Source of the DNA: an uncultured bacterium | GTDB taxonomy: Bacteria > Patescibacteriota > Minisyncoccia > Phycocordibacterales > GWA1-40-21 | Assembly (NCBI GenBank): GCA_903831595.1 | Contig: CAIKXY010000007.1 | Coordinates: 3,944 to 67,943 of the forward strand | Direction of reading: 5' to 3' | Length of the DNA: 64,000 nt | Shown: piece after piece, positions 8,886-18,691 of the stretch | Numbering within the stretch: position 1 is the first letter of the stretch | Layout: each line of letters begins with the position of its first letter | Translations under genes and position numbers: made by a program | Notes under the pieces: generated by a model | Seen by the model: the letters and a program-made list of their open reading frames with translations, nothing else | Told to the model about the DNA's origin: nothing | Database searches by the model: none

Positions 8886-10808
8886 ATGTTTGAGTCTGAT
8901 GAGAAAAAAGATAATATAGAAAAAGTTGAAGAGTCTTTATATTCTAAGACTATTGACAATATTTTTATAAAAAGGAGACATTCTCTACAAGAAGAAAAAA
9001 AGGCGGACGCACCAACAGCTTGGAATGTTAAAGAGGAAGAAGCTGAAAGCCATTTTCAGTTGCCTTATTCAAAAATCCTTTTAGGGGCTTTTATTTTTTT
9101 TGTAATAGCTTTAGGCTTTACTTTTTCTAAATTTTTTCTAGGAAACAATATTGTTTCTGGAAATAACATTGATATTTTAGTAAGTGGACCAGTCTCTATT
9201 GCTGGTGGGGAAGAATTGCCATTAGATATTCAGATTATAAATAACAACAATGTTAATTTAAACAGTGTCGCTTTGAAAGTCGAGTATCCTGTTGGTACAA
9301 AAAGTTCAATCGATCAATCCCAAGATTATCCAAGGTATAGTGAGTTGCTTGGTGATATAAATATAGGTAAGAATCAAAGAAGGCTAGTAAAATCAGTATT
9401 ATTTGGTGAGGAAAATTCTCAACAAGTTGTAAAAATTACAGTCGAGTATCGAACAACTGGTTCAAACGCAATTTTTAGTAAAGAAAAAGATTTTAATGTC
9501 TTGATATCGTCTTCTCCTGTAAATGTGAGTGTAAGTGGACCGACTGAAATTAATTCAAACCAACTTACTGATTTTTCAATTGATGTGAGCTCAAATTCTA
9601 CAAGTATAGTAAAAAATTTAATATTAAAAGCGGAATATCCCTTTGGCTTTAATTTGTCATCTTCTAACCCAAAATCGATAAGTTCTGATGATAGTGTTTT
9701 TGCAATTGGTGATTTGGCTCCAGGAGCAAAAAGAACAATAAGAATCTCTGGCTCTATTACTGGACAAGATGGTGAGCAAAGGGTAATTAAGTTTACTGTC
9801 GGTATACCAAGTAGTAACGATAATACAATAGTAACAACTTCACTTGCCACATACGTTTCAACTATATCATTAAAAAAATCTTCAATAGGTCTTGCTATGG
9901 CAATTAACCAACAGACTGGTGATGATGTCGTTATTGATGTTGGAAGTAAGAACGCAATAAATATTTCTTGGCAGAATAATTTGTCAGAACAAGTTTATGA
10001 TATGGTGATAAAGATAGGGATGAGCGGACAAATATTAAATAAAGAATCAGTGAGTGTGGTAAATGGTTTTTATAATTCTTCTAATAATACAATTGTTTTT
10101 GATAAAGGAGCACAGGGCGGTTTCTCAACTGTAAATCCATCAGACCAAGGAGATTTGGAATTTGATTTTAGTACTTTATATCCATATGCAGGTTCGCCAG
10201 TCCCTTTCGGGAATTCATCCATAAAAATGGATGTTAGTGTCACTGGTAACTTAATTGGCGCTAACGGATCAAAATCACAGGAATTACTTTTTTCTGACAC
10301 GAAAACACTTAAATTATCTTCAAGTTTAAAATTATTATCTCGTGGATTTAGAACCGTTGGACCATTTGAAAATAGCGGACCATTTCCTCCACAAGCTGAT
10401 AATCAAACAACTTACACGATTACATGGACAGCATCGGATTCATTTAATAACGTTACAGGGGCAAAAGTTTCAGCGTTCTTGCCTCCAAATGTTACATGGA
10501 CCGGGTATACTAGCCCAGATTCAGAAAATATTATTTACGATAAGGGAACGGGTGAAGTAGATTGGAACATTGGTGATATGAAATATGGTGTTGGTGTGAA
10601 TTCTCCCGCAAGAACAGTTTCATTCCAAGTTGCGATTATTCCTTCGATTACTCAAGTTGGTCAAGAAATAAATTTGTTGAACGAGGCAACCATAAGTGGA
10701 ACAGATGCATATTCGAAAGCTAGAATAGGTGAGATAAAAAATCCGATCACAACAACAATTACTTCTGACCCAGAATATGTTGATGGAGTGGGTATTGTGA
10801 TTAAATAA
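8886..10808 (+). CDS. large TM-anchored extracytoplasmic protein (hypothetical); ORF track start 8844 (GTG)
   Basis: 640+ aa with a TM segment (ILLGAFIFFVIALGFTF), then an S/T/N/G-rich beta-like domain. The TGgTATAAT extended -10 at 8870-8878 lies immediately upstream of ATG 8886. Confidence 0.55.
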   Translation: MFESDEKKDNIEKVEESLYSKTIDNIFIKRRHSLQEEKKADAPTAWNVKEEEAESHFQLPYSKILLGAFIFFVIALGFTFSKFFLGNNIVSGNNIDILVSGPVSIAGGEELPLDIQIINNNNVNLNSVALKVEYPVGTKSSIDQSQDYPRYSELLGDINIGKNQRRLVKSVLFGEENSQQVVKITVEYRTTGSNAIFSKEKDFNVLISSSPVNVSVSGPTEINSNQLTDFSIDVSSNSTSIVKNLILKAEYPFGFNLSSSNPKSISSDDSVFAIGDLAPGAKRTIRISGSITGQDGEQRVIKFTVGIPSSNDNTIVTTSLATYVSTISLKKSSIGLAMAINQQTGDDVVIDVGSKNAINISWQNNLSEQVYDMVIKIGMSGQILNKESVSVVNGFYNSSNNTIVFDKGAQGGFSTVNPSDQGDLEFDFSTLYPYAGSPVPFGNSSIKMDVSVTGNLIGANGSKSQELLFSDTKTLKLSSSLKLLSRGFRTVGPFENSGPFPPQADNQTTYTITWTASDSFNNVTGAKVSAFLPPNVTWTGYTSPDSENIIYDKGTGEVDWNIGDMKYGVGVNSPARTVSFQVAIIPSITQVGQEINLLNEATISGTDAYSKARIGEIKNPITTTITSDPEYVDGVGIVIK

Positions 10809-10945
10809 AAATTAAAGTAAATTAGAGATAACTTGTCCCGTTACAAATAACGTGACGAATTAAGAAAAAAGACCCAATTTGGATTAAAATAAAAGTAAAA
10901 ATAAGTCGATAAATATTTATAGGCATAAAAAAATTTGTAACTGGG

Positions 10946-12364
10946 ATGATAAAAGAAAAAAATACTAAGGTAGAAAACAATAAAAGAATGGAAGAAATAA
11001 TTTCTCTTTGTAAAAGAAGAGGTTTTGTTTTTCAAGGTTCCGAAATATACGGTGGGCTTGGTGGAGTTTATGACTACGGTCACTATGGAACATTGTTAAA
11101 AAATAATATCAGAGATTCTTGGCAAAAAAGTATGGTTCAAGATAGGGAAGATGTTTTTCTTTTAGACAGTGCTATTTTTATGCATCCAACAACATGGGTT
11201 GCTTCAGGACATGTGGGTAATTTTGATGACCCTTTGGTTGAGTGTAGAAAATGTCACAATAGAATGCGAGCGGATCATATTCTTGAAAGTTTTGGAATCT
11301 CGGCGGATAAAATGCCAATTGATTTTATAAATAAAGAACTAGACAAGCTAAGAGAAGAAAAGAAATTGAAGTGTTCTACTTGTGGACTATCTGATATAAC
11401 ACCCGCAAAAAAGTTTTCCCTTATGATAAAATCAAATTTCGGTTCCCCAACAGATGAATTAAAAGAAGAAAATGTTGTTTATCTTAGACCAGAAACTTGC
11501 GGTGGAATTTATTTGCAATACAAAAATACTGTTGATTCACTACACCCCAAATTACCATTTGGTATTGCACAAATAGGTAAAGCTTTTAGAAATGAAATCG
11601 CTGCAAGGCAATTTATATTTAGAACAAGAGAGTTTGAACAAATGGAAATGCAGTATTTTATTCACAAAAAAGATACAAAAGAAAAATATGAAATGTGGAA
11701 GGAAGCGAGAATGAAATGGTACCTTGACCAAGGAATTTCCAAAGATAAATTGAAATGGTACAAACACGAAAAATTAGCCCACTATGCATCAGAAGCTTAT
11801 GATGTTAAATATGATTTTTCTTGTCTCGGTGGTTTTGACGAGGTTGAAGGAATTCATGCAAGAGGCGATTGGGATTTGTCGCAACACTCAAAATTTTCAG
11901 GTGTCGATTTGAGTTATTATGATGATGAAACAAAAGAGAGATTTACTCCCCATATTGTTGAGACATCAGCTGGATTGAACAGACTAGTTTTAATGTTTTT
12001 AGATAATGCTTACACTGAAGATAATTTGGGTGGTGAAAAAAGACTATTTTTGAAATTGCCTAAACAATTAGCACCAATAAAAATTGCAGTATTTCCACTC
12101 TTGCGAAATAAACCAGCTCTTGTAGAAAAAGCAAAAGAAATATACGAAAATTTGAAGAAAGATTTTATGTGTGAATTTGATGATAATGGAAATATTGGAA
12201 AAAGATATCGAAGACAAGATGAAATAGGGACTCCATATTGTGTCACAATAGATTTTGAGACAATTGAGAAAGATAATATGGTGACAGTAAGGGATAGAGA
12301 TACAGGAAGTCAGGAAAGAGTGGAAATTGAAGAATTAATAAAATATTTCAAAAAAGTATTATAG
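10946..12364 (+). CDS. glyQS: glycyl-tRNA synthetase (dimeric alpha2 type)
   Basis: RRGFVFQGSEIYGGLGGVYDYGHYGTLLKNNI and class II aaRS motifs. 472 aa. Confidence 0.85.
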   Translation: MIKEKNTKVENNKRMEEIISLCKRRGFVFQGSEIYGGLGGVYDYGHYGTLLKNNIRDSWQKSMVQDREDVFLLDSAIFMHPTTWVASGHVGNFDDPLVECRKCHNRMRADHILESFGISADKMPIDFINKELDKLREEKKLKCSTCGLSDITPAKKFSLMIKSNFGSPTDELKEENVVYLRPETCGGIYLQYKNTVDSLHPKLPFGIAQIGKAFRNEIAARQFIFRTREFEQMEMQYFIHKKDTKEKYEMWKEARMKWYLDQGISKDKLKWYKHEKLAHYASEAYDVKYDFSCLGGFDEVEGIHARGDWDLSQHSKFSGVDLSYYDDETKERFTPHIVETSAGLNRLVLMFLDNAYTEDNLGGEKRLFLKLPKQLAPIKIAVFPLLRNKPALVEKAKEIYENLKKDFMCEFDDNGNIGKRYRRQDEIGTPYCVTIDFETIEKDNMVTVRDRDTGSQERVEIEELIKYFKKVL

Positions 12365-12367
12365 AAT

Positions 12368-12405
12368 AAAAGGCGGGTATGCGAAGCAAACCCGCCTTTT
12401 ATTCT
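12368..12405 (+). terminator. rho-independent terminator
   Basis: AGGCGGGT-loop-ACCCGCCTTTTATT. Confidence 0.7.
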
Positions 12406-12436
12406 ATTTGGTCATTTTTTATGATAAAATGGTGTT

Positions 12437-13705
12437 GTGAACTACACTAAAAAGAAATTAAAAAATGGAATGAGAATTATCACTATTCCAATGAAGGAGA
12501 ATCCTACCACAACAGTGTTGGTGCTTGTTGAAACAGGCTCAAAATATGAAAATAAAGAAAATAGTGGAATCTCACATTTTCTTGAGCATGTATGTTTTAA
12601 GGGAACATCAAAAAGACCATCTGCCCTAGAAATTACTAAGGAATTAGACAGTATTGGAGCCCAATATGGTGCTTTTACAGGTCATGAATTTACAGGATAT
12701 TATGCAAAATCTGACTATAAAAATTTGTATACAATACTCGATGTTGTTTCTGATTTATATTTGAACCCGGTTTTTCCAGAAAAGGAAATTGAAAAAGAAA
12801 AAGGGGTGATTATCGAGGAAATAAATATGTATAATGATTTGCCACAAAGTATTGTTGGTGAAGAATTTATGAAACTATTGTATGGAGACACCCCAGCAGG
12901 TAGAAGCATTGCTGGTACAAAAGAAAATATCCAGAAAATGCAAAAAACAGATTTTATTGATTATAGAAGTAAACATTATGTCGCGTCTGCCACAACAATA
13001 ATTGTTGCTGGAAAAATAAATGAAAAAGAAATTGTAAAAAAAATTACTACTGCTTTCAAAGATATAGGTAAGTGGAAAAAAGATGATAAAGAAAAAGTTG
13101 TGGAACATCAAAAATTACCCCATATCGCAGTTCACTATAAAGATACAGATCAAACACACATTATTCTTGGAGTTCGCTCTTTCAATACTTATAATAAATA
13201 CAATCCAATCATAAGAGTTCTTGATGGAGTTTTATCTGGAGGAATGAGTTCTCGTCTATTTCAGAAATTACGAGAGGAAATGGGCATTTGCTATTATGTT
13301 GGTTCAGAAAATAGCACTTTTACTGATCATGGTTTTCTTTCTGTTGCCGCTGGTGTTGATAGTAAGCGAGTAAGTGAAGCCATAACCACTATTTTGTCAG
13401 AAATGAATAAATTAAAAGATATTTTAGTAAAACCAGAAGAATTGAACAAAGTTAAACAATATTTGATAGGTAATTTAAACCTCGGTCTTGAATCTTCAAA
13501 TTCCCAAGCAGGGTTTTTAGGTGGTCAAGAAGTTTTGAGAAAAGATTTAAAAACTCCGGAAGATATTATAAAAGAAATAAAAGCTGTTACAGCCGATGAA
13601 ATAAAATTTGTTGCAGAAAGAATATTCAAAAATGATGGGCTAAATTTGGCTATAGTGGGGAAGTTTAAAGATGATAAAGAATTTAAAAATATTCTCCATT
13701 TTTAA
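12437..13705 (+). CDS. M16-family zinc peptidase (pitrilysin/insulinase-like)
   Basis: HFLEHVCFKGT matches the inverted zinc-binding HxxEH motif. 422 aa. Confidence 0.75.
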   Translation: MNYTKKKLKNGMRIITIPMKENPTTTVLVLVETGSKYENKENSGISHFLEHVCFKGTSKRPSALEITKELDSIGAQYGAFTGHEFTGYYAKSDYKNLYTILDVVSDLYLNPVFPEKEIEKEKGVIIEEINMYNDLPQSIVGEEFMKLLYGDTPAGRSIAGTKENIQKMQKTDFIDYRSKHYVASATTIIVAGKINEKEIVKKITTAFKDIGKWKKDDKEKVVEHQKLPHIAVHYKDTDQTHIILGVRSFNTYNKYNPIIRVLDGVLSGGMSSRLFQKLREEMGICYYVGSENSTFTDHGFLSVAAGVDSKRVSEAITTILSEMNKLKDILVKPEELNKVKQYLIGNLNLGLESSNSQAGFLGGQEVLRKDLKTPEDIIKEIKAVTADEIKFVAERIFKNDGLNLAIVGKFKDDKEFKNILHF

Positions 13706-13754
13706 ATAAAATATTTTGTTGCAATAGGGCTAATATTATGGTAGGATTTCGCTC

Positions 13755-14261
13755 ATGAGTAAAAAAGCAGCAGTTGCAAAAAATAGCGAAGAAAAGATAT
13801 ACGAAGTCGGATATCACATCCTTTCCTCTGTCTCAGAAGAGAATGTTCCAAAAGAAGTAGAAAAAATAAAGGCATATTTGGCAAAAGAAAAAGCAGTTAT
13901 CATTTCAGAAGAAACTCCAAAACTTAGACCTTTAGCTTATTCTATTAAAAAAGCATTCGGTGGTTCTTATAAAGTTTTTGATAAAGCTTATTTTGGATTT
14001 ATCAAATTTGAGCTTGGTATTGATGGAGATATAATAAATATAGATTTAGGTATGAGAAATAACGAATCAATTTTGAGATATATTGTTATCAAAACAGTTA
14101 GAGAAAATACTATGTATTCTCCAAAGATTACTGTGTTCTCAGACAAAGAAGCAAAAATAAAAACAACATTTAAAGAAGATAAAATAGTTAAAGCAGAAAA
14201 AACAGCAACAATTGAGGAAATAGATAAATCAATCGACGCATTGGTGTCAGAAGAAGTTTAA
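13755..14261 (+). CDS. rpsF: 30S ribosomal protein S6 with C-terminal extension
   Basis: YEVGYHIL...KLRPLAYSIKK...YKVF S6 pattern, and the conserved rpsF-ssb-rpsR order. Confidence 0.7.
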   Translation: MSKKAAVAKNSEEKIYEVGYHILSSVSEENVPKEVEKIKAYLAKEKAVIISEETPKLRPLAYSIKKAFGGSYKVFDKAYFGFIKFELGIDGDIINIDLGMRNNESILRYIVIKTVRENTMYSPKITVFSDKEAKIKTTFKEDKIVKAEKTATIEEIDKSIDALVSEEV

Positions 14262-14273
14262 TTTTTTAAAAAT

Positions 14274-14735
14274 ATGTATTTAAACAAAGCATTTCTTTTT
14301 GGAAATTTAACAAGAGACCCAGAACTAAGATCTCTTCCGTCCGGTATTAAAGTTGTTTCATTTGGCCTTGCTACAAACAGAACATGGAAAAATAAAGATG
14401 GTGTTAAGCAAGAAAGTGTCAGTTTTCATAATATAGTTTCTTTTGGTAAACAAGCAGAAATAATGGCTCAATACCTAAAGAAAGGAAGTAGCATTTTTGT
14501 TGAAGGAAGAATTGAAACAAGAAGTTGGGATGACAAAAATGATGGAAGTAAAAAATATAGAACAGAAATAATTGTAGATAACTTCCAATTTGGTCCAAGT
14601 GCGGGCGGAAGAAGTGGGGAAGGTTTTACAAAAAGCCAACCAAACACACCGGCTGAACCAAAAACAAAAGCACCACAGATGGATACGATAGAATATCCAA
14701 CAGAAGAAATTAATCCAGAAGATATTCCATTTTAA
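14274..14735 (+). CDS. ssb: single-stranded DNA-binding protein
   Basis: N-terminal OB fold (FLFGNLTRDPELR...). The acidic C-terminal tail ends in DIPF. Confidence 0.85.
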   Translation: MYLNKAFLFGNLTRDPELRSLPSGIKVVSFGLATNRTWKNKDGVKQESVSFHNIVSFGKQAEIMAQYLKKGSSIFVEGRIETRSWDDKNDGSKKYRTEIIVDNFQFGPSAGGRSGEGFTKSQPNTPAEPKTKAPQMDTIEYPTEEINPEDIPF

Positions 14736-14748
14736 ATAGAAAACGGAG

Positions 14749-14776
14749 GTCGCTCCTTGAGGAGGAGCGGAGCGAC
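14749..14776 (+). promoter_or_regulatory. intergenic hairpin between ssb and rpsR (possible attenuator/processing site)
   Basis: GTCGCTCC-N12-GGAGCGAC, an 8-bp GC-rich stem. The loop contains GGAGGAG. Confidence 0.3.
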
Positions 14777-14821
14777 GGGAAAAGGTGAGTCCTCGGTTTA
14801 CAAAAAAATAAAATAAATAAT

Positions 14822-15022
14822 ATGAAACAATGTTTTTTCTCACAAAATAATATCAAGTATGTAGATTACAAAGACGTAGAACTTTTGAAGAAGTTTTTGA
14901 ATCCCCATGCAAGAATGCAAGGTAAAAAGAAAACCAATGTCAAAGCAAGAAGCCAAAGACAGCTTTCTGAAGCTATAAAGAGGGCAAGATACATGGCTCT
15001 TTTGCCTTTTGTCGCAAGATAA
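14822..15022 (+). CDS. rpsR: 30S ribosomal protein S18
   Basis: KKFLNPHARMQGKKKT...RQLSEAIKRARYMALLPF S18 signature. Confidence 0.85.
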   Translation: MKQCFFSQNNIKYVDYKDVELLKKFLNPHARMQGKKKTNVKARSQRQLSEAIKRARYMALLPFVAR

Positions 15023-15024
15023 TC

Positions 15025-15597
15025 ATGGCTATGCTAGATTACAGTGAAATAGTCCTAAGAAAAATCATCATTCATGATGGTCAGCCTTTTGAAGTGCTTG
15101 CTTCTCATGTATTTAGAAAACAAATGAGAAAGCCGGTAAATGCGACCAAATTAAAAAATCTTATCACTGGTAAAGTTACTGAAATATCTTTTCATCAATC
15201 AGAAAGAGTAGAGGAAGCGGAAATTGAATACAAAGATGCAAAGTTTTTATATCAAAATAAAGGAAAATATTGGTTTTGTGATCCAAAAGACCCCTCAAAA
15301 AGATTTGAAATAGATGGAGAAATTATTGGAACCCCAGCAAAGTTTATGAAAACCAATTCTCTAGTTGAAACGATGATTTTTGAAGAAAAAGTTATTGGAG
15401 TTCAGCTTCCAACGAAAGTTGATCTAAAAGTTACAGATGCTCCGCCAGCTGTGAAAGGAGACACTTCAAGTGGGGGGACAAAACAGATTACTCTCGAAAG
15501 TGGAGCAATTATAAATGGACCATTATTTATTACAGAAGGAGAAATAATTACTGTTAATACAGAGACAGGGGAATATGTGGGAAGAGCAGGGAAATAA
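15025..15597 (+). CDS. efp: elongation factor P
   Basis: EF-P KOW/OB pattern (IIIHDGQPFEVLASHVFRKQMRKPVNATKLKNLITGKV). 190 aa. Confidence 0.85.
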   Translation: MAMLDYSEIVLRKIIIHDGQPFEVLASHVFRKQMRKPVNATKLKNLITGKVTEISFHQSERVEEAEIEYKDAKFLYQNKGKYWFCDPKDPSKRFEIDGEIIGTPAKFMKTNSLVETMIFEEKVIGVQLPTKVDLKVTDAPPAVKGDTSSGGTKQITLESGAIINGPLFITEGEIITVNTETGEYVGRAGK

Positions 15598-15605
15598 TTA
15601 AATAC

Positions 15606-15637
15606 AAAAGGCGGGGCCGTACGGCCCCGCCTTTTTT
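15606..15637. terminator. bidirectional rho-independent terminator (efp / TrmB-1 convergent)
   Basis: AAAAGGCGGGGCCGTACGGCCCCGCCTTTTTT. Confidence 0.75.
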
Positions 15638-15639
15638 AT

Positions 15640-16419
15640 TTAATCAAACTTCTTTCCCTGATTCCATGCTATTTCAAAAATAATTTTTAGAGAATTTACC
15701 AGCTCAGCAGATTTAATAACAACCGCGAAAGGGTTTTCCTCAAGCGATACTATGGCCAATTTATTTTCATACATAGCAAAATCCATCTTTAAATCGGTAA
15801 CGTCAGCCAAATATCTCACTTCTTGCCCGAGGACCTTAAATTTTTTCATGGCGTCTAAATCAAATTTATTATTTGCTACCAAGTGTTTCCCTTTAAGTGG
15901 AATTAAGCCCTTTTTATAATGTTTTACCCAATCTTCTAGTGCCCCAGGAAAGTGCCTCTCTATTTTTTCATATGAAGATACAAACAATGCTTCCTTAGAT
16001 TGGTTAATTTCTTGGTAGATATTCCAAATTCCTTCCTTATTTTCAATATATGATATTTTTGGTCTATTTCCACTTTTATTATGTAGAGTTCTGAACATCG
16101 GAATCATTTCTGAAAAATCTTTCGTAACAGATTTTAATTGGCTCAATATAACTAGTGGATCTGTTGCTTGGTATGTATTAATTTTTTTGTTTAAAACCAT
16201 ACTGACATAACCTCGTTTAATCAACCCCTCGAGTAGAACGTAAATTATTGAACGTTTTAATTCAGATTTTTTTGCTATGTCTGAAACATCTGCTTGCCCA
16301 AACTCAAGGAGGGCAAGGTATACTTTCGCCTCTTTTTCAGTAAAACCGGCTTTTTCTAAAAGTTTTAATAAATCTGTGTCCATACAGAATACGTTACCAA
16401 TGTTTGTATTATTTGTCAA
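15640..16419 (-). CDS. TrmB-family winged-HTH transcriptional regulator, paralog 1
   Basis: N-terminal LLKLLEKAGFTEKEAKVYLALLEFGQADVSDIAKKSELKRSIIYVLLEGLIKRGYV matches the TrmB HTH, plus a ~180-aa C-terminal putative ligand domain. Divergent from SBP-1. Confidence 0.65.
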   Translation of the reverse strand: MTNNTNIGNVFCMDTDLLKLLEKAGFTEKEAKVYLALLEFGQADVSDIAKKSELKRSIIYVLLEGLIKRGYVSMVLNKKINTYQATDPLVILSQLKSVTKDFSEMIPMFRTLHNKSGNRPKISYIENKEGIWNIYQEINQSKEALFVSSYEKIERHFPGALEDWVKHYKKGLIPLKGKHLVANNKFDLDAMKKFKVLGQEVRYLADVTDLKMDFAMYENKLAIVSLEENPFAVVIKSAELVNSLKIIFEIAWNQGKKFD

Positions 16420-16565
16420 TTTTTTTGATAAATATAAATAAAATAGCCATATTATTAGCCAAAATCAATAATATAATTATCAATATAATTGAACAAAAAT
16501 ATCAATGCGTGTAGCATTGTCTTTTTTAGGCGTAGGTATTATTATTAGTAATTTTTATCAAAGCA

Positions 16566-17687
16566 ATGAATAAAAGAATTAAATGGATTGGAGGGCTTGT
16601 AATCATTTTGGTAGTCATAATTTTGATTGCATCCCAACAATCAGGGCAGACAAATATTACTGGGCCAATTAAAATTGGTGCTATTTTACCACTAACGGGT
16701 GACTATGCCGTATTAGGCCAGGAAATACAGAAAGGAATTGATATCGCTGTTGACGAGGTTAATTCGCAGGGCGGAATAAATAACAGAAAAATGGAAATTA
16801 TTTATGAAGATGGTGGCATGGCAGATTTTCCAAAAATTACCTCAGCAGCTCATAAATTAATTGATGTAGACAAAGTGTATACAGTATTAGTTGATTCACT
16901 TACTACTATGAAACCGATTGCTCCACTTTTCCAACAAAATAAGATTCCTGCAATAATGATTTTTGATAATGCAGAATTAGGTAGTTACATTTTCTCTATA
17001 GGTTTTTCTACTCAAAAAACTGGAGAAAAAATGGCAGATTTTGTTTATAGCAAAAAGAATATAAAAGAAGTTGCAATCGTTGCCCAACTCGATGAAGTAA
17101 TGCAAACACTTTCTAAAGCATTCAAAGACAAATTTGAGAAATTGGGAGGCAAAGTTACTATCCTTGAAAATATCAATCCAAGTGAAAACGATTTTAAGAC
17201 AACAATCACAAAAATTAAAAACAGCAAACCACAGGGTATTTATTTTTCATTTGTTCAAGGAATAGATTTGTTTTTAAAGCAAATAAAAGAACAGAAGCTA
17301 AATTTGCCTATATTTGGTAACGATGCTGTCACGGAAGATGTTATTGCCGCTGCTGGCTCTGCTGCCGAAGGAGTATATTTTGCTAATTTCTATACCAATG
17401 ATAACCCAATACTAAAAAGTTTGACTGAAAAATACAAAGAAAAATATAATGAAGAACCACAGTTACTATTGTTCAATGCTTTTGGTTATGATGGAGTATT
17501 AGTTTTGAAAGAAGCAATTAAAAATATAAAAATCGTATCCCCTCAAAACATAACAGAATCATTGTACAAGATAAAAAATCTTGATACATCTAGTGGAGAA
17601 ACGATCTCTATTTCTCCTGTGGGGACAGTTGAAAGAACTGAGAAAATTTTTCAGATTCAGAATGGTAAGGGAATATCGGCAGAATAA
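16566..17687 (+). CDS. livK: Liv-type (type I periplasmic-binding-protein fold) ABC substrate-binding protein, paralog 1, TM-anchored
   Basis: N-terminal TM anchor, then IKIGAILPLTGDYAVLGQEIQKGIDIAVDEVNSQGGINNRKMEIIYEDGG, the LivJ/LivK-like pattern. Immediately upstream of livHMG. Confidence 0.8.
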   Translation: MNKRIKWIGGLVIILVVIILIASQQSGQTNITGPIKIGAILPLTGDYAVLGQEIQKGIDIAVDEVNSQGGINNRKMEIIYEDGGMADFPKITSAAHKLIDVDKVYTVLVDSLTTMKPIAPLFQQNKIPAIMIFDNAELGSYIFSIGFSTQKTGEKMADFVYSKKNIKEVAIVAQLDEVMQTLSKAFKDKFEKLGGKVTILENINPSENDFKTTITKIKNSKPQGIYFSFVQGIDLFLKQIKEQKLNLPIFGNDAVTEDVIAAAGSAAEGVYFANFYTNDNPILKSLTEKYKEKYNEEPQLLLFNAFGYDGVLVLKEAIKNIKIVSPQNITESLYKIKNLDTSSGETISISPVGTVERTEKIFQIQNGKGISAE

Positions 17688-17809
17688 TTTTAAATTACAA
17701 AGGATTTATCTAAAACAAAAAGACGAGTTTCCGCTTTGCGGAAACTCGTCTTTTTGTTGTGATTTTAGCTATTATTTATGCTAAAATTATCTTATTCCTA
17801 TTTATTTAA

Positions 17810-18691
17810 ATGGACATATTCGTACAATTATTAATTAACGGATTGATAGCGGGCGCCATATATTCTTTGGTAGCTTGTGGTTTTTCGCTTATTTATTCAA
17901 CAAACAAATTTATTCACTTCGCACACGGTGGAGTGATTATTGTTTCGTCCTATATTTTTTATACTCTTTTTTCTATTTTACATTTAGAATTTTATCTTTC
18001 TTGTATTCTTGCAATTCTTTTGGCTGGCCTTGTCGGCTATCTGATAAACCAATTTATTTACAAACCCTTCCGAAAAAGAAAAGCCAGCAATTCTATTTTG
18101 CTCATTGCCAGCTTTGGTGTTCTTATCTTTCTAGAATCAATGCTTCTAATTATTTTTGGTGCAAATGTCCAAACAATAGATTATATTCCAAACGCACAAG
18201 GCCTTTCTGTTTTGGGTGCGATTATTACACCGTTACAAATTGTCATAATTATTTCTTCAATAATTCTTTTAATTTTTTTCTATTTTTTTATGAAAAAAAC
18301 GAGAATCGGAAAAGCAATGCGAGCAGTTTCAGACAACCCTGACGTTGCAGAAATAGTCGGTATTTCCGCTAGTAAAATATATGCGTGGACTTTCACGATT
18401 GGTTCAATGGTGGCCGGTATCGCCGCAATTTTAATCTCCCTCGAACAAAATATTGAGCCTAGTATGGGTTCGAGCCTCATGATAAAGGGTTTTACCGCAG
18501 CAGTAATTGGGGGCCTTGGTAGCGTCCCTGGGGCAATATTTGGCGCATTTTTGCTGGGTTTTGCCGAAAACTTTGGTATTTGGTACCTACCTTCCGGCTA
18601 CAAAGACGCAATCGCTTTCGTTCTACTTTTTTTGTTTTTACTTTTTCGTCCAAACGGTATTTTGGGTCTTAAATATAATAATCAAAAATGA
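17810..18691 (+). CDS. livH: branched-chain amino acid ABC transporter permease LivH
   Basis: 293 aa polytopic, LivH-like (INGLIAGAIYSLVACGFSLIY). Confidence 0.8.
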   Translation: MDIFVQLLINGLIAGAIYSLVACGFSLIYSTNKFIHFAHGGVIIVSSYIFYTLFSILHLEFYLSCILAILLAGLVGYLINQFIYKPFRKRKASNSILLIASFGVLIFLESMLLIIFGANVQTIDYIPNAQGLSVLGAIITPLQIVIIISSIILLIFFYFFMKKTRIGKAMRAVSDNPDVAEIVGISASKIYAWTFTIGSMVAGIAAILISLEQNIEPSMGSSLMIKGFTAAVIGGLGSVPGAIFGAFLLGFAENFGIWYLPSGYKDAIAFVLLFLFLLFRPNGILGLKYNNQK

